From Ignavibacteria bacterium (GTDB lineage Bacteria > Bacteroidota > Ignavibacteria > Kapaibacteriales > Kapaibacteriaceae): a stretch of 64,000 nt of DNA. The translations under genes and the position numbers were made by a program. The stretch covers positions 6,424 to 70,423 of the forward strand of contig JABMNI010000021.1 of the NCBI GenBank assembly GCA_013204605.1. Reading direction: 5' to 3'. Shown piece by piece: positions 10,071 to 20,825 of the stretch; the stretch's first letter is position 1, and each line of letters starts with the position of its first letter. The notes under the pieces are model-generated. The model did not search any database. It saw only the letters and a program-made list of their open reading frames with translations, and was not told the DNA's origin.

Positions 10071-10862
10071 TTATCGCAACCTGAACTTGACGGGAATTGC
10101 CATCCACACGGCAACGCCGTGACCATTCTGAAGGGCTGGCGTAAACACGGTCGCTTTCACCGCATCCTCGGCGGCTTGATTTAAGATTCTATTATCAGAC
10201 TCGATTATCATCGTTTTCAGAACTTTACCATCCTTACCAACCAGCACTCGAACTCTCACCGTACCCTGAATACCATTCACTCGTGCCATGTTAGGATAAA
10301 CAACTCTCCGTTGCAAATCTTCCAAATCAAAAACTGGGTCTCTCTCAACAGATATAAAGTCATCAGGGTCAGGAAGTTCATCGCGTTGCTGGATGTTGAT
10401 CCCAGGATCGACTCCCGTTCCGTCGCTCCATCCACCTAAATCTTTTCCGTCGCCACCAACTGACGTTGCGCGGTTAATTTCATCAATGTTAGCGAAGTCC
10501 TTGGCATCGGGAGCAATTAGTGCGTCGGGCACCGCCACAGGTGTTCCAGCTCTCGCCGCTGGACCCGAAGCTGCAGGTGGAACTGCTTGTGGCGGCGGTG
10601 GCGGCGGTGGTTCGTTAGCGTTTTCAGAGGGTGGCGGTGCCAAGGCATCGATACTTATACGCGTAAGCAATACCTTAACTACGTTGGGAGGCGGAAACAG
10701 AAATGACTCAACTACCTTGTACGTAAACGTAAATAGCGCCAGCAATAACAACAGGAGCATTGTGTAAACGAACGCCCTCTTCGTATTACGAGCTATAATT
10801 TCTTTTAGCTCGGAAGCACCATACTTAACAATTAAGGGTGATTTAGCAGCGATTGTTGTCAT
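10071..10862 (-). CDS. tonB: Energy transducer TonB
   Basis: N-terminal TM, poly-Pro linker, C-terminal YPNMAR..GIQGTVRV..FTPA TonB_C domain. Confidence 0.92.
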   Translation of the reverse strand: MTTIAAKSPLIVKYGASELKEIIARNTKRAFVYTMLLLLLLALFTFTYKVVESFLFPPPNVVKVLLTRISIDALAPPPSENANEPPPPPPPQAVPPAASGPAARAGTPVAVPDALIAPDAKDFANIDEINRATSVGGDGKDLGGWSDGTGVDPGINIQQRDELPDPDDFISVERDPVFDLEDLQRRVVYPNMARVNGIQGTVRVRVLVGKDGKVLKTMIIESDNRILNQAAEDAVKATVFTPALQNGHGVAVWMAIPVKFRLR

Positions 10863-11407
10863 AATCCACCTATGTCTTCCGCATCTTTCTTTTCGAAAGG
10901 TGCAACAGTGAACTTTCTGTTTCTTTCGTTAATGCCGGCATCTTTCAATCCTCGGATAATACTTTGCTCGGCACTATTTAGTTTATCCAATATCTGTACA
11001 ACGGCACCATACGGTGCTTCTCCACTTGATTTAAGTACCACAATACATTTGTTCTTAAGCGCCACGTTCTGAGCCACGACGAGCTTTTTCAACTCTTCCA
11101 ACGTCACCTTTGAAGGCTCGTCTGTTCCCATATTGAAGAACAACTTTCCATCAAATCGAACTCTTATTGTTAACAACTCAGACTGCTTAACTTCAATTGG
11201 AACGTCCAAATCGGGTGGAACACTTAGTTCCATTGTTTGAGGTGTAATCATGGACGTAGTTAACATGAAGAACGTAAGCAATAGGAAGGTGATATCCACT
11301 AGTGGAGTCATATCAAGTCGGAACCCGACCCGATGCTTCTTCTTCCGTTTGCCTTCCTTACCGCGGCGTTGTTTTTCGCCGCTTCCTAATGATCCGCCAC
11401 CAGCCAT
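10859..11407 (-). CDS. exbD: ExbD/TolR family protein
   Basis: DMTPLVDITFLLLTFFM motif. Confidence 0.92.
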   Translation of the reverse strand: MAGGGSLGSGEKQRRGKEGKRKKKHRVGFRLDMTPLVDITFLLLTFFMLTTSMITPQTMELSVPPDLDVPIEVKQSELLTIRVRFDGKLFFNMGTDEPSKVTLEELKKLVVAQNVALKNKCIVVLKSSGEAPYGAVVQILDKLNSAEQSIIRGLKDAGINERNRKFTVAPFEKKDAEDIGGL

Positions 11408-11451
11408 TTTTTTACCTTTTGATAATCTAAGACTAAAGGTGCTCTATAATG

Positions 11452-11979
11452 TTATAGACCGCCGGTCTTCTTCTCGGTTACAAAATTGAAAGTCGTAGCG
11501 CGCTTTTTGCGCATTTCGTTGATAGCCACTTCTATATAACGGTACTTGACTCTACGATCGGCATCTAAAGCAAATCGTGCTTTAGGATTTACAATCCTCG
11601 CACGTTCAATAATCTTTCCCAGCCACAATGAATCTGATATTTTATAAACTACAGATTCAGGATTGGCACCAGGAAAATTTATCCGCTGCATAGCATCAGC
11701 TAGCGAAGCCACGTCTTGCTCATTCAACATCGACAAGTAGTAGGCTGTGTCCTTGCTCACAGTGTCGATTCCAATCTTAATAGTTACCAAGTCCTTTTCA
11801 GGCAACTTGGCAGTATCGGCCTGCGTTTGGGGACGTTTGATAACAAACTTCTGCTGATTGTCCGCTTCGTTCTTGAACTTCGCGGTAAACATAAAGAACG
11901 TGAGCAACAAGAACGTAATGTCCACCAGCGGTGTCATGTCCAGTACGAAACCAACTCGTTTCTTTTTAATCTTCGACAT
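11452..11979 (-). CDS. exbD: ExbD/TolR family protein
   Basis: DMTPLVDITFLLLTFFM motif, ADRRVKY. Confidence 0.92.
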   Translation of the reverse strand: MSKIKKKRVGFVLDMTPLVDITFLLLTFFMFTAKFKNEADNQQKFVIKRPQTQADTAKLPEKDLVTIKIGIDTVSKDTAYYLSMLNEQDVASLADAMQRINFPGANPESVVYKISDSLWLGKIIERARIVNPKARFALDADRRVKYRYIEVAINEMRKKRATTFNFVTEKKTGGL

Positions 11980-12000
11980 GTTTATCCAAACTGGTTGTTA

Positions 12001-12801
12001 TTATTGCTTTGATCCGAGCTTAATCGACAGTGTTTCCATTAGGTCGAGAATTATCTCGTCCATGGTATACACGAAGTTGTCAACCTTGGTTGTAAAGAAG
12101 TTAAAAGCTGCAATGGCCAACACAGCGGCGATTAGTCCACCAGCAGTATTATATAAGGCCTCAGAGATACCAATTGAGAGCTGCTGTGCAGACACTGTGC
12201 CACCGGCACCAAGCGCCTGGAAGGCTCTGATCATACCAACCGTAGTTCCCAACAATCCAATCATGGTTGACAACGAAGCCACCGATGAAATGATTACTAG
12301 ATTTTTCTCCAGAAGAGGTGTTTCAAGATTCATATTTTCGTCGATAGCTCGCTGAACGTCACCAATCTTTTGTTCAACGTTTAAAGAACCATCATTTTCG
12401 GCCGACTTGAACCTTTCAGCAGCTGAACGTAGAACATTTGCAAGACTCCCCTTCTGCGCGTCACATTGCTGAATAGCGGCTGTATAGTCGCCCTTCGAAA
12501 CTAGTCCAACAACGTTCTTACCAAACGCGTGCATGTCACCACTTCCCGATGCTTTTCCAATAGAAAGCATTCTCTCCACGGTGTACGTAATTGCCAACAA
12601 AATGCAGGCAATTAGTAGCCCTACCAACGGTCCACCTGTGAAAATCATACCCAATGCATTTTGAGGGATATGCATATCTACCTGTCCGCTTTTGGGGTCG
12701 GTAAAATTGCCTTCAGCACCTAACACCATGTAAAACACGAGATACGCAGCTACCACGCACGCCGTGATTATTAGCGCGTTAGTAAGATTTTTCATCTTCA
12801 T
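12001..12801 (-). CDS. exbB: MotA/TolQ/ExbB proton channel protein
   Basis: GLLGTTVGMIRAF and GISEALYNTAGGL. Confidence 0.94.
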   Translation of the reverse strand: MKMKNLTNALIITACVVAAYLVFYMVLGAEGNFTDPKSGQVDMHIPQNALGMIFTGGPLVGLLIACILLAITYTVERMLSIGKASGSGDMHAFGKNVVGLVSKGDYTAAIQQCDAQKGSLANVLRSAAERFKSAENDGSLNVEQKIGDVQRAIDENMNLETPLLEKNLVIISSVASLSTMIGLLGTTVGMIRAFQALGAGGTVSAQQLSIGISEALYNTAGGLIAAVLAIAAFNFFTTKVDNFVYTMDEIILDLMETLSIKLGSKQ

Positions 12802-12855
12802 ATAAGTTGCCCTTGATAATACAGTTTATTCTCTCGAAAATATTTTAGTGTCAAA

Positions 12856-13212
12856 TTAAGAATCGATTCGAAGCTGTTCGATAGCTTCTTCCTTGGTTTT
12901 GCAAATCATTAATACCTTGTCCATCGATGTTACTCGAATCACTTCGAGAACAATCCCGTTCAATCCAACTACACAAAATTTCCCAGCGTGACGAGTAGTT
13001 GCAGTATGCGCAGCCAATAATACGCTCAGAAAAGATGAATTCGCATACTCCACGCCAGTAGCATCTAATACCATTAACGTTTGAGGCTTGGCAGCAAATT
13101 GACCAATCACCTGCCTTAAGGCCTCAGTTTCGTCTCCACCAATGAATTGACCTTGAAGTTTTACAACCACAATGTCATCTATCTGCTCAATCGCTATCTG
13201 TTCGTGTTGCAT
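12856..13212 (-). CDS. STAS-domain anti-sigma factor antagonist
   Basis: 118 aa with the LDATGVEYANSSFL phosphoserine motif. Confidence 0.85.
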   Translation of the reverse strand: MQHEQIAIEQIDDIVVVKLQGQFIGGDETEALRQVIGQFAAKPQTLMVLDATGVEYANSSFLSVLLAAHTATTRHAGKFCVVGLNGIVLEVIRVTSMDKVLMICKTKEEAIEQLRIDS

Positions 13213-13314
13213 AGTAATGTCCGATAACTACGAACGCGTCGCAATTTCAAGCGGACGAAACTACGAAAAATCAAACTTTGGATAGGGATTGTTTCTGTTT
13301 GATAATGCATTATT

Positions 13315-14196
13315 TCAATTTTTATGGGTAACAACCACTACTCTGGGAATATCCTGTAGGTCCGTCACTAATTCCACATTGTACGAAACCGCCGCAAACA
13401 TCCCTTTTACGCTCTCAAACTGCCCAAATCCGATTTCCATCAATAATATGCCGTTTTTCTCAAGTATGTCTGGTAAAACTTCCGACATCCTTCTATAAAA
13501 CTGCAGCCCGTCACCATCGTCCGTCAGGGCGCTATGCGGCTCGTAGTCGCGAACCTCGTGCTGTAAATCTACGAGGTCATGCTGCGGAATGTATGGTGGG
13601 TTCATCGTGATAATGTTGTACTTGCTACCAAGAGTTTCGGTTAAAAAATCAAAATGCATCGTGGATATTCTGTAGGCTAACTCATGCAGATTAATGTTGT
13701 TTTCAGCTATTTTCAAAGCCTTTGGTTCCTTATCCAAGGCCGTCCAAACAGTTTGATGACATCTCTTGGCAATAGCCACCGGGATGCATCCGCTTCCCGT
13801 ACCCACGTCGAGACACCTAAAGGGTCCTACTTGGCTACCAATCATTCGAATTACTCTTTCCACTATAAATTCGGTTTCAGGCCGTGGAATCAACACATCG
13901 GGTGTGACCTCAATACGAACGGAATAAAAATCTGTGTACCCTAAAATATATTGAAGGGGCTCTCCAGTAGTCCGTCGGCGCACCATTAATCGCAAATCCG
14001 CAAGCTCTTCAAGCGAAAGTGGACGCTCAAAATCCGTGTACAACTTCAATCGACCGATATTTAACACGGCGCAAACCATCATTTCAATTGTCAATCGTGG
14101 AGAATCCACATTCTTTGCAGCAAAGAATTCGGTACCCCACCGGACGATATCAATCACCGTCCACTGTTTATCAGGCAATGGTATGGTCTTGCGCAT
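13315..14196 (-). CDS. prmC: Release factor glutamine methyltransferase
   Basis: [27 protein letters not shown]. Confidence 0.96.
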   Translation of the reverse strand: MRKTIPLPDKQWTVIDIVRWGTEFFAAKNVDSPRLTIEMMVCAVLNIGRLKLYTDFERPLSLEELADLRLMVRRRTTGEPLQYILGYTDFYSVRIEVTPDVLIPRPETEFIVERVIRMIGSQVGPFRCLDVGTGSGCIPVAIAKRCHQTVWTALDKEPKALKIAENNINLHELAYRISTMHFDFLTETLGSKYNIITMNPPYIPQHDLVDLQHEVRDYEPHSALTDDGDGLQFYRRMSEVLPDILEKNGILLMEIGFGQFESVKGMFAAVSYNVELVTDLQDIPRVVVVTHKN

Positions 14197-17100
14197 AATG
14201 CTCTTGCAACGAGATCGACGTGAATTGCTCGCCCTTGAGCGCCTTTATACCATACAGTGAGGCTTCGGCGGCGGCCAGCGTGGTGAAAAACGGTACTTTG
14301 AATTTCATGGCAGTTCTGCCCATAACCGCTTCGTCAAATCGAGCATTTTCGCCCAATGGAGTATTTATTACTAACTGAACTTCACCATTCGCAATTTGAT
14401 CTACAATGCTGGGGCGTCCTTCGTAATGTTTTAAAACACGTTCTGCTGTTACCCCATGATTCATCAGGAAATCAGCCGTGCCCCCTGTGGCCATTATGGT
14501 AAATCCAATTTCTGCATAGCCCCTTGCAATCTCAATAGCGCGTGGGCTTTTATCGTGGGGGCTGAGCGAGATGAACACATTACCAGATTGAGGCAGGGCG
14601 TTGCCAGACGAGATGTGCGATTTAACGATGGCTCTACCAAAATTGGAATCCATACCCATTACTTCGCCAGTGGAGCGCATTTCGGGTCCGAGGAATACAT
14701 TGACTTTGGGGAATTTCGTAAACGGAAAAACGCTTTCTTTGATCGCTATCCTACCAATATTTAGATCAAAGTCTTTTACGTCCATGTCCGCGAGTTTCTC
14801 ACCTATCATAACTCGGGTTGCAATTTTTGCGACTTGAACTCCGGTGGCTTTCGATACGAACGGGACGGTACGTGAGGCGCGGGGATTTACCTCCAACACA
14901 TACACGTTACCGCGCTGCACAGCGAACTGGATATTGATTAGCCCTATTACGTTTAGTGCTTTTGCTAGAGCTTTCGTGTGAGCCACCATGGTTGCAATGA
15001 TACTTGGCTCTGTGTTATACGGCGGTAAAACACAGGAAGAATCTCCAGAGTGAACCCCGGCTTCTTCGATGTGTTGCATGATTCCGCCAATAACTGTGTC
15101 AGTGCCATCGCAAACCGCATCCACATCAAACTCAGATGCATCTTCGAGAAACTGGTCAATCAACACTTGCCGTGTGGGATCTTGAGCAATAGCCATTTGC
15201 ATGTACTTTCTCAAGCTCTCCTCACGATAGCAAATCTGCATTGCTTGGCCACCTAGAACATACGATGGTCGGACCAATACAGGGTAGCCTATGCGACTAG
15301 CTATTTCGACGGCCTCATCTTCGTTAACCGTAGTTCCCCATGGCGGGCATGGGATCTGCAAGCGCGTAAGTAAATCGCCAAACCGTTTGCGGTCTTCAGC
15401 TAAATCTATACCCTCTGGGAGCGTACCAATCAGAGGTACACCGGCATCGGACAACTGCTGCGCTAACTTCAACGGCGTTTGTCCACCAAACGTGATAATT
15501 ACACCGTCTGGTTTTTCTAGTTCAATTACGTTTAAAACGTCTTCGAATGTTAAGGGCTCGAAGTAAAGTCGGTTGGTTGTGTCGTAATCAGTTGAAACAG
15601 TTTCGGGATTACAGTTAATCATGATCGCCTCGTACCCGGCTTCGCGAAGTGCAAACACGGCCTGCACACAACAGTAGTCGAACTCAATACCTTGTCCAAT
15701 TCGGTTAGGTCCGCTGCCCAACACGATTACTTTCTTTCGATCCGAGGGAATCGCTTCGTTCTCAGTTTCGTAGGTGGAATAATGATACGGCGTTTCCGAT
15801 TCAAATTCGGCAGCGCAGGTATCGACAGTTTTATACACTGGTAATACCTGTAAATTTTTTCGGTGGACGCGAATTGCAAGCTCGTTAGCACTGCAACAAA
15901 CACTAAGTTGAATGTCACTGAATCCAAAACGCTTTAAGCGGCGCAGTCGCTCCGCAGTAAGTACGTCAACCCAATTGGAAGTCGTACAATCCGAAATCAA
16001 GCTTTGTGCTGCGTCGACAATCTGACGGCATTGTTCAACAAACCACGGATCGTACTTAGTTAGTTGAAAAATTTCTTGTGTGGTCATACCAAATCGCAGC
16101 GCATCGCACAGGTCAAAAATTGAATCGCTTTTCCGAAGCCTCAACTGCGCTCGCAAAGGAGCCAGATCAGCCTCCAAAACCTTATTGCCGGTGCGGTACT
16201 CTGGTCGGTCAAATCCGAATCCAAACCTATTCTGCTCAAGAGACCTTAGGCCTTTTTGCAAGGCTTCTTTGAACGTCACGCCAAATGCCATGGCCTCACC
16301 AACGGACTTCATCTGAACGCCAAGTGAATTATCTGACTCTCTAAACTTTTCAAAATCCCATCTTGGAATCTTCACTACAACGTAGTCTATTGATGGCTCA
16401 AAACACGCCGGAGTCTTCTTTGTAATGTCGTTATCAATTTCGTCGAGTGTATATCCAACCGCAAGTTTTGCGGCAATTTTAGCTATAGGGAAACCCGTCG
16501 CTTTCGAGGCCAATGCTGAACTTCTCGAAACTCTAGGGTTCATTTCGATTATCACCATTTTGCCCGTCTTAGGATCGATTGCAAATTGAATATTCGAACC
16601 GCCGGTTTCCACTCCTATTTCACGAATAATTTTTAGCGCAGCATCACGCAAACGCTGGTACTCACGATCTGTCAGAGTTTGCGCAGGTGCTACTGTAATC
16701 GAGTCGCCCGTATGCACTCCCATCGGATCGACGTTTTCAATCGAACAAACAATAACTACGTTATCCTTGGTATCGCGCATTACCTCCAATTCAAACTCTT
16801 TCCACCCAATCATGCTCTCTTCTACCAACACTCTCCCAATTGGGCTGGCCACAAGCCCGCTTCGTAGAATCTCACTATACTCGTCCATGTTATAGGCAAT
16901 ACCTCCGCCGGTACCACCCATGGTAAACGACGGCCGAACTATCGCAGGAAAGCCAATGGAGTCTATCATTGCCATCCCACCCTCGAAATCATGCACAAAG
17001 CCCCCTTGTGGCATATTCATGCCAATCTTGAGCATTGCGTTGAGGAATAGTTCGCGATCTTCAGCTTTATTTATAGACTCTACATTCGAGCCAATCAGCT

Positions 17101-17440
17101 CAACGCCATACTTTTCGAGAATGCCTTTTTCATGCAATTGAATTGCTGCATTCAGCGCAACCTGGCCACCCATGGTAGGCAAGATGGCATCGGGTCGTTC
17201 CTTCTTAATAATCTCTTCTATGAATTCGGTCGTAATAGGTTCGATGTATGTGGCGTCGGCAATATTCGGATCCGTCATTATAGTTGCAGGGTTCGAATTC
17301 ACCAACACAACTCTGTAACCCTCTTCTTTCAGCACCTTGCATGCCTGCGTTCCGGAGTAATCGAATTCACAGGCTTGACCAATAATTATTGGGCCGGATC
17401 CAATTACTAGGATGGTCTTCAAATCTGTTCTTTTAGGCAT
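14171..17440 (-). CDS. carB: Carbamoyl-phosphate synthase large subunit
   Basis: [24 protein letters not shown], duplicated ATP-grasp domains, MGS domain. Confidence 0.99.
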   Translation of the reverse strand: MPKRTDLKTILVIGSGPIIIGQACEFDYSGTQACKVLKEEGYRVVLVNSNPATIMTDPNIADATYIEPITTEFIEEIIKKERPDAILPTMGGQVALNAAIQLHEKGILEKYGVELIGSNVESINKAEDRELFLNAMLKIGMNMPQGGFVHDFEGGMAMIDSIGFPAIVRPSFTMGGTGGGIAYNMDEYSEILRSGLVASPIGRVLVEESMIGWKEFELEVMRDTKDNVVIVCSIENVDPMGVHTGDSITVAPAQTLTDREYQRLRDAALKIIREIGVETGGSNIQFAIDPKTGKMVIIEMNPRVSRSSALASKATGFPIAKIAAKLAVGYTLDEIDNDITKKTPACFEPSIDYVVVKIPRWDFEKFRESDNSLGVQMKSVGEAMAFGVTFKEALQKGLRSLEQNRFGFGFDRPEYRTGNKVLEADLAPLRAQLRLRKSDSIFDLCDALRFGMTTQEIFQLTKYDPWFVEQCRQIVDAAQSLISDCTTSNWVDVLTAERLRRLKRFGFSDIQLSVCCSANELAIRVHRKNLQVLPVYKTVDTCAAEFESETPYHYSTYETENEAIPSDRKKVIVLGSGPNRIGQGIEFDYCCVQAVFALREAGYEAIMINCNPETVSTDYDTTNRLYFEPLTFEDVLNVIELEKPDGVIITFGGQTPLKLAQQLSDAGVPLIGTLPEGIDLAEDRKRFGDLLTRLQIPCPPWGTTVNEDEAVEIASRIGYPVLVRPSYVLGGQAMQICYREESLRKYMQMAIAQDPTRQVLIDQFLEDASEFDVDAVCDGTDTVIGGIMQHIEEAGVHSGDSSCVLPPYNTEPSIIATMVAHTKALAKALNVIGLINIQFAVQRGNVYVLEVNPRASRTVPFVSKATGVQVAKIATRVMIGEKLADMDVKDFDLNIGRIAIKESVFPFTKFPKVNVFLGPEMRSTGEVMGMDSNFGRAIVKSHISSGNALPQSGNVFISLSPHDKSPRAIEIARGYAEIGFTIMATGGTADFLMNHGVTAERVLKHYEGRPSIVDQIANGEVQLVINTPLGENARFDEAVMGRTAMKFKVPFFTTLAAAEASLYGIKALKGEQFTSISLQEHYAQDHTIA

Positions 17441-17459
17441 ACGACTACTTATTCCAATT

Positions 17460-18368
17460 TCAAGTTGTTAAAAATAATTTTAGTACTGACATGCGAACTG
17501 CCACGCCATGGGTTACTTGACGGTGAATTAAACAATTCATCATGTTTAACACCTCACAATCTATCTCAACGCCCTCATTAACGGGTCCCGGATGCACAAT
17601 GGCCACATCCGAATACTTTAACGCTAACTCTTTTGTCACGGCATATTGTTTGCGGTAGTCCAATACCGAAATGTCAACCTGCTGCTCAATCCGCTCTCGC
17701 TGAATTCTAAGCAGATTTATCACTTGACACTGATTCATGGCCTGTTCAACACTTTCAATTCTTTCAGCATCGTTGAAGGGGGCATCACCAGGCGCAAAAT
17801 CATCAGGTGCACAGTACGAAACCTTGGCTCCAAGTTTCGAGAAAACGTCCACATTGGAACGGGCCACTCTTGAATGTTTAACATCACCAACAATGCAAAT
17901 CGATAAACCTTCCAACGAACCAAATTTTTCAATGAGTGTTGAGGCATCCAGCAAAGCTTGGGTGGGATGCGACAGTGTACCTTCGCCTCCATTTATAATC
18001 GATATGCTGCTCGAGTCCCTTATCCGCTCCATCACACCATTGAGAGGGTGACGTACCACAATGGCATCAAAGTCCATTGCTTGCAACGTAGCGATAGTTT
18101 CTTCTAACGACTCTCCCTTTTCTACACTGCTACCCGCAGACTGAAAATAAACCGAAGCTCCACCAGATCGTTCAATGGCAGTTTCGAAAGAGACACGTGT
18201 TCTTGTGGAGGGTTCAAAAAAGGCAAGCACAACTCTTCGGTCATGGAGAAAGGTATAACCTTCTTTTTTCAATCCCGAGGCAGACAAAAACATCTTGGCT
18301 TCGTCCAGAATCAATTCGATTTCTGAGCGAGATAACTGCAATGTGTTTAAAAGGTGTTTTTGATGCAT
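17460..18368 (-). CDS. pyrB: Aspartate carbamoyltransferase catalytic subunit
   Basis: [21 protein letters not shown]; tandem ATGs at 18371 and 18368. Confidence 0.96.
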   Translation of the reverse strand: MHQKHLLNTLQLSRSEIELILDEAKMFLSASGLKKEGYTFLHDRRVVLAFFEPSTRTRVSFETAIERSGGASVYFQSAGSSVEKGESLEETIATLQAMDFDAIVVRHPLNGVMERIRDSSSISIINGGEGTLSHPTQALLDASTLIEKFGSLEGLSICIVGDVKHSRVARSNVDVFSKLGAKVSYCAPDDFAPGDAPFNDAERIESVEQAMNQCQVINLLRIQRERIEQQVDISVLDYRKQYAVTKELALKYSDVAIVHPGPVNEGVEIDCEVLNMMNCLIHRQVTHGVAVRMSVLKLFLTT

Positions 18369-18372
18369 CATT

Positions 18373-18380
18373 CAAAACTA
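18373..18380 (-). promoter_or_regulatory. -7 promoter element TAGTTTTG for pyrB-carB-prmC
   Basis: TAnnTTTG match between the hup terminator and pyrB, 4 nt before ATG at 18368. Confidence 0.6.
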
Positions 18381-18418
18381 AGATTCTATCACCACATCGA
18401 GCGTAATCGTTTTTGGTC

Positions 18419-18451
18419 AAAAAAAAGCCCGTCAAAAATTTGACGGGCTTT
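18419..18451 (-). terminator. Rho-independent terminator of hup
   Basis: AAAGCCCGTCAA-loop-TTGACGGGCTTT stem followed by a U-tract on the minus strand. Confidence 0.9.
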
Positions 18452-18467
18452 CATAAGCGTTAGATGC

Positions 18468-18800
18468 TTATTTCTTTTTCGCTGCCTTTTTAGGTGCTGC
18501 TTTTTTAGCTGCAGTAACTTTCTTTTCACCATTTACAATGGCTTTCAGATCGCTACCGGCCGAAAACTTAGCCACTTTACGTGCGCTAATTTTGATTGGC
18601 ATATTCGTTGCAGGATTACGGCCCATACGAGCGGCACGCTTACCTACAGTGAAAGAACCAAAACCGATTAAAGAAACTCCGCCGCCTTTGCCCATTTCTC
18701 CCTTAATCGCATTGATAGTAGCGTTCAACGCCGAATCAGCTTGCGCTTTAGAAAGACCAGCAGATGTGGCAATAGCCTCGATAAGTTCTGCTTTATTCAT
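18468..18800 (-). CDS. hup: DNA-binding protein HU with Lys/Ala-rich tail
   Basis: MNKAELI..GFGSF..GRNPAT; tail KKVTAAKKAAPKKAAKKK. Confidence 0.96.
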   Translation of the reverse strand: MNKAELIEAIATSAGLSKAQADSALNATINAIKGEMGKGGGVSLIGFGSFTVGKRAARMGRNPATNMPIKISARKVAKFSAGSDLKAIVNGEKKVTAAKKAAPKKAAKKK

Positions 18801-18882
18801 AATTCCACCCCACAGAGTAGTTGAGAAACAATTAATTGCACGGCTAAATTATCCAGTGTTGATAGGGGTTAGCAAGCACGAC

Positions 18883-18919
18883 TTATCCACAAGTACCCAT
18901 TTTAAGGGGTTTTTACACA
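18883..18919 (+). promoter_or_regulatory. Two DnaA-box matches (TTATCCACA 18883-18891; TTTTACACA 18911-18919)
   Basis: Both fit TTWTNCACA and lie in the hup-pgpA intergenic region. Confidence 0.5.
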
Positions 18920-18979
18920 CTTTTATGAAAAAAAGTCAGTTTTCAAAGGCTACTCAGACCTAATTACCCTTCGAAAATC

Positions 18980-19480
18980 CTATTTATTCAAAAAAAACAG
19001 CAATGCTGTCTGTATAACAGCACTGCCTAAATACAGTGCAATCACTGCAAAGAGACCAGCTAAAACGTCATCAACCATCACACTCCAAGCGCCAGTTTTG
19101 TTGTTGATGTACGATATTGGCCAAGGCTTCATTACATCAAACACCCTGAATAGGAATAAGCCGCCAAGGGCATATTCCCACCCTGTATATATAATAGGAG
19201 CTACCATTACCAAGCTCATACCGGCTGCCTCATCTATTACTACTTCTGTAGGATCGGTCCCCCAAGCCCCCTGCACTTTTTTAGTAGCTAACAACCCCAC
19301 TACAAAGAATAGTACGGCTAGTACTGCATAAACCACGGGAACAATTTGAAACTCTGCTAAGAAGACTATTCCGGGAATTGCAACAAACAAACTACACCAA
19401 CTACCAGGCATAATTGGAAGTAGACCAATGCCACCACAAGTTGAAATCCATTCGTAAACGTTTGTGATTTTCTTAGTCAT
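18980..19480 (-). CDS. pgpA: Phosphatidylglycerophosphatase A
   Basis: PGSWCS, DPTEVVIDEAAG, FRVFDVMKPWPI, VMVDDVLAG; ATG at 19480 overlaps the pgsA stop. Confidence 0.93.
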   Translation of the reverse strand: MTKKITNVYEWISTCGGIGLLPIMPGSWCSLFVAIPGIVFLAEFQIVPVVYAVLAVLFFVVGLLATKKVQGAWGTDPTEVVIDEAAGMSLVMVAPIIYTGWEYALGGLFLFRVFDVMKPWPISYINNKTGAWSVMVDDVLAGLFAVIALYLGSAVIQTALLFFLNK

Positions 19481-20073
19481 TCTGAAATTCGATTTGTGGA
19501 AAACAATTGTCGGTTGACGATTACATATTCGATCGTTGTCCAGACTGTTACGCCGGTTATCAACAGTTCCAACCAATACGTAATCGATGAAAACAGTAGT
19601 GTTTGACTACTTTCTCGCAATTCAGCCGAACCTGCACTATACACCAAGACCCAGAGTGTGAGTGCGTAAATGATAAAACTCATTTGGAAAAAGGTTTTTG
19701 CTTTTGCCGTTTTTGATGTTGTGAACTCGTGTCCCCTACTATCAGCCAGATTTCTCATTCCTGTTGTCAGGATATCTCTCAATAAAATTATCAACGTCAT
19801 CCACCACGGCATGAAACCTATCCACGAGAACGAAACAAAAGCAGCCGAGGTCAAGGCTTTATCTGCTAAAGGGTCGATGTACTTTCCGTGTGCCGACTCT
19901 TGCTGATACCTGCGCGCCAAATGTCCGTCAAGCCAATCCGTAACGGCACCTATACAAATCAGAATTGTTGCACTCACCACATACCACTTCTCGGCCTGCA
20001 CTACTAGCACCAAGTACACTGGCGCTATTACAAGTCGTGAATAACTCAAAGTATTTGCTACGGTGAACTTCAA
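19477..20073 (-). CDS. pgsA: CDP-diacylglycerol--glycerol-3-phosphate phosphatidyltransferase
   Basis: TDWLDGHLAR..G..IDPLADK CDP-alcohol phosphotransferase motif; next to pgpA. Confidence 0.9.
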   Translation of the reverse strand: MKFTVANTLSYSRLVIAPVYLVLVVQAEKWYVVSATILICIGAVTDWLDGHLARRYQQESAHGKYIDPLADKALTSAAFVSFSWIGFMPWWMTLIILLRDILTTGMRNLADSRGHEFTTSKTAKAKTFFQMSFIIYALTLWVLVYSAGSAELRESSQTLLFSSITYWLELLITGVTVWTTIEYVIVNRQLFSTNRISE

Positions 20074-20825
20074 CGTTGTGCCGCCGAAATTGCTGATAAC
20101 ACGATGCCCGAAAACTCAGTTGGTTTTAGGGACGCACCACCTACTAACGCTCCATCAACCGACGGACATGCAAAAATTTCTCCCGCATTAGCCGCAGTTA
20201 CACTGCCTCCATATAAAACCAGCAACTGAAGATTGTGGTTGTCAAACAAATGTTCCTTAATGGCCGAGTGCACCTCCTGCACCTGGTCCGGTGTAGCCGC
20301 CAGACCCGTTCCTATCGCCCAAATTGGTTCGTATGCAAGAACGCTGTTGGTAAGGGGCTTTGTGGATGCTTTGATTATCTCGTCGAGCTGCTGCGTTACT
20401 ATTCGAATGGTGCTATCTGAGTTGCGTTCTGCCAGCGATTCACCTACGCATATTATAGGTGTCAATCCGGCATTCAAAGCGGCCGCTGCTTTCTCTCCAA
20501 TTCTACTGTCGGAATCGCCTTGATCTCTGCGGATCTCCGAGTGACCCAGTATTACGTGTGTTGCACCAATTTCTATCAGCATGGTTGGTGAGATCTCTCC
20601 GGTGAACGCTCCGCTGGACATCCAATGACAATCTTGTGCGCCCACAACTATCGGAGATGCTTTAAAAATTTCCGCGGCATGCTGGACAAAAATGAAAGGT
20701 GTAAAAACTCCAGCAGTTACGTTGCTACCTTGCACCGGCAACTCGGAAAGTGCGTTGTGCATTTTATTAAGGAGGTCAACCGACCCATTCATTTTCCAGT
20801 TTCCAGCTATAAAATATTTTCTCAT
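20070..20825 (-). CDS. tpiA: Triosephosphate isomerase
   Basis: AGNWKMN, AYEPIWAIGTG, LVGGASL. Confidence 0.98.
   Translation of the reverse strand: MRKYFIAGNWKMNGSVDLLNKMHNALSELPVQGSNVTAGVFTPFIFVQHAAEIFKASPIVVGAQDCHWMSSGAFTGEISPTMLIEIGATHVILGHSEIRRDQGDSDSRIGEKAAAALNAGLTPIICVGESLAERNSDSTIRIVTQQLDEIIKASTKPLTNSVLAYEPIWAIGTGLAATPDQVQEVHSAIKEHLFDNHNLQLLVLYGGSVTAANAGEIFACPSVDGALVGGASLKPTEFSGIVLSAISAAQR

Noticed and set aside
10588..10611. GGC/GGT triplet run
   Set aside because: Encodes the ordinary TonB poly-proline linker
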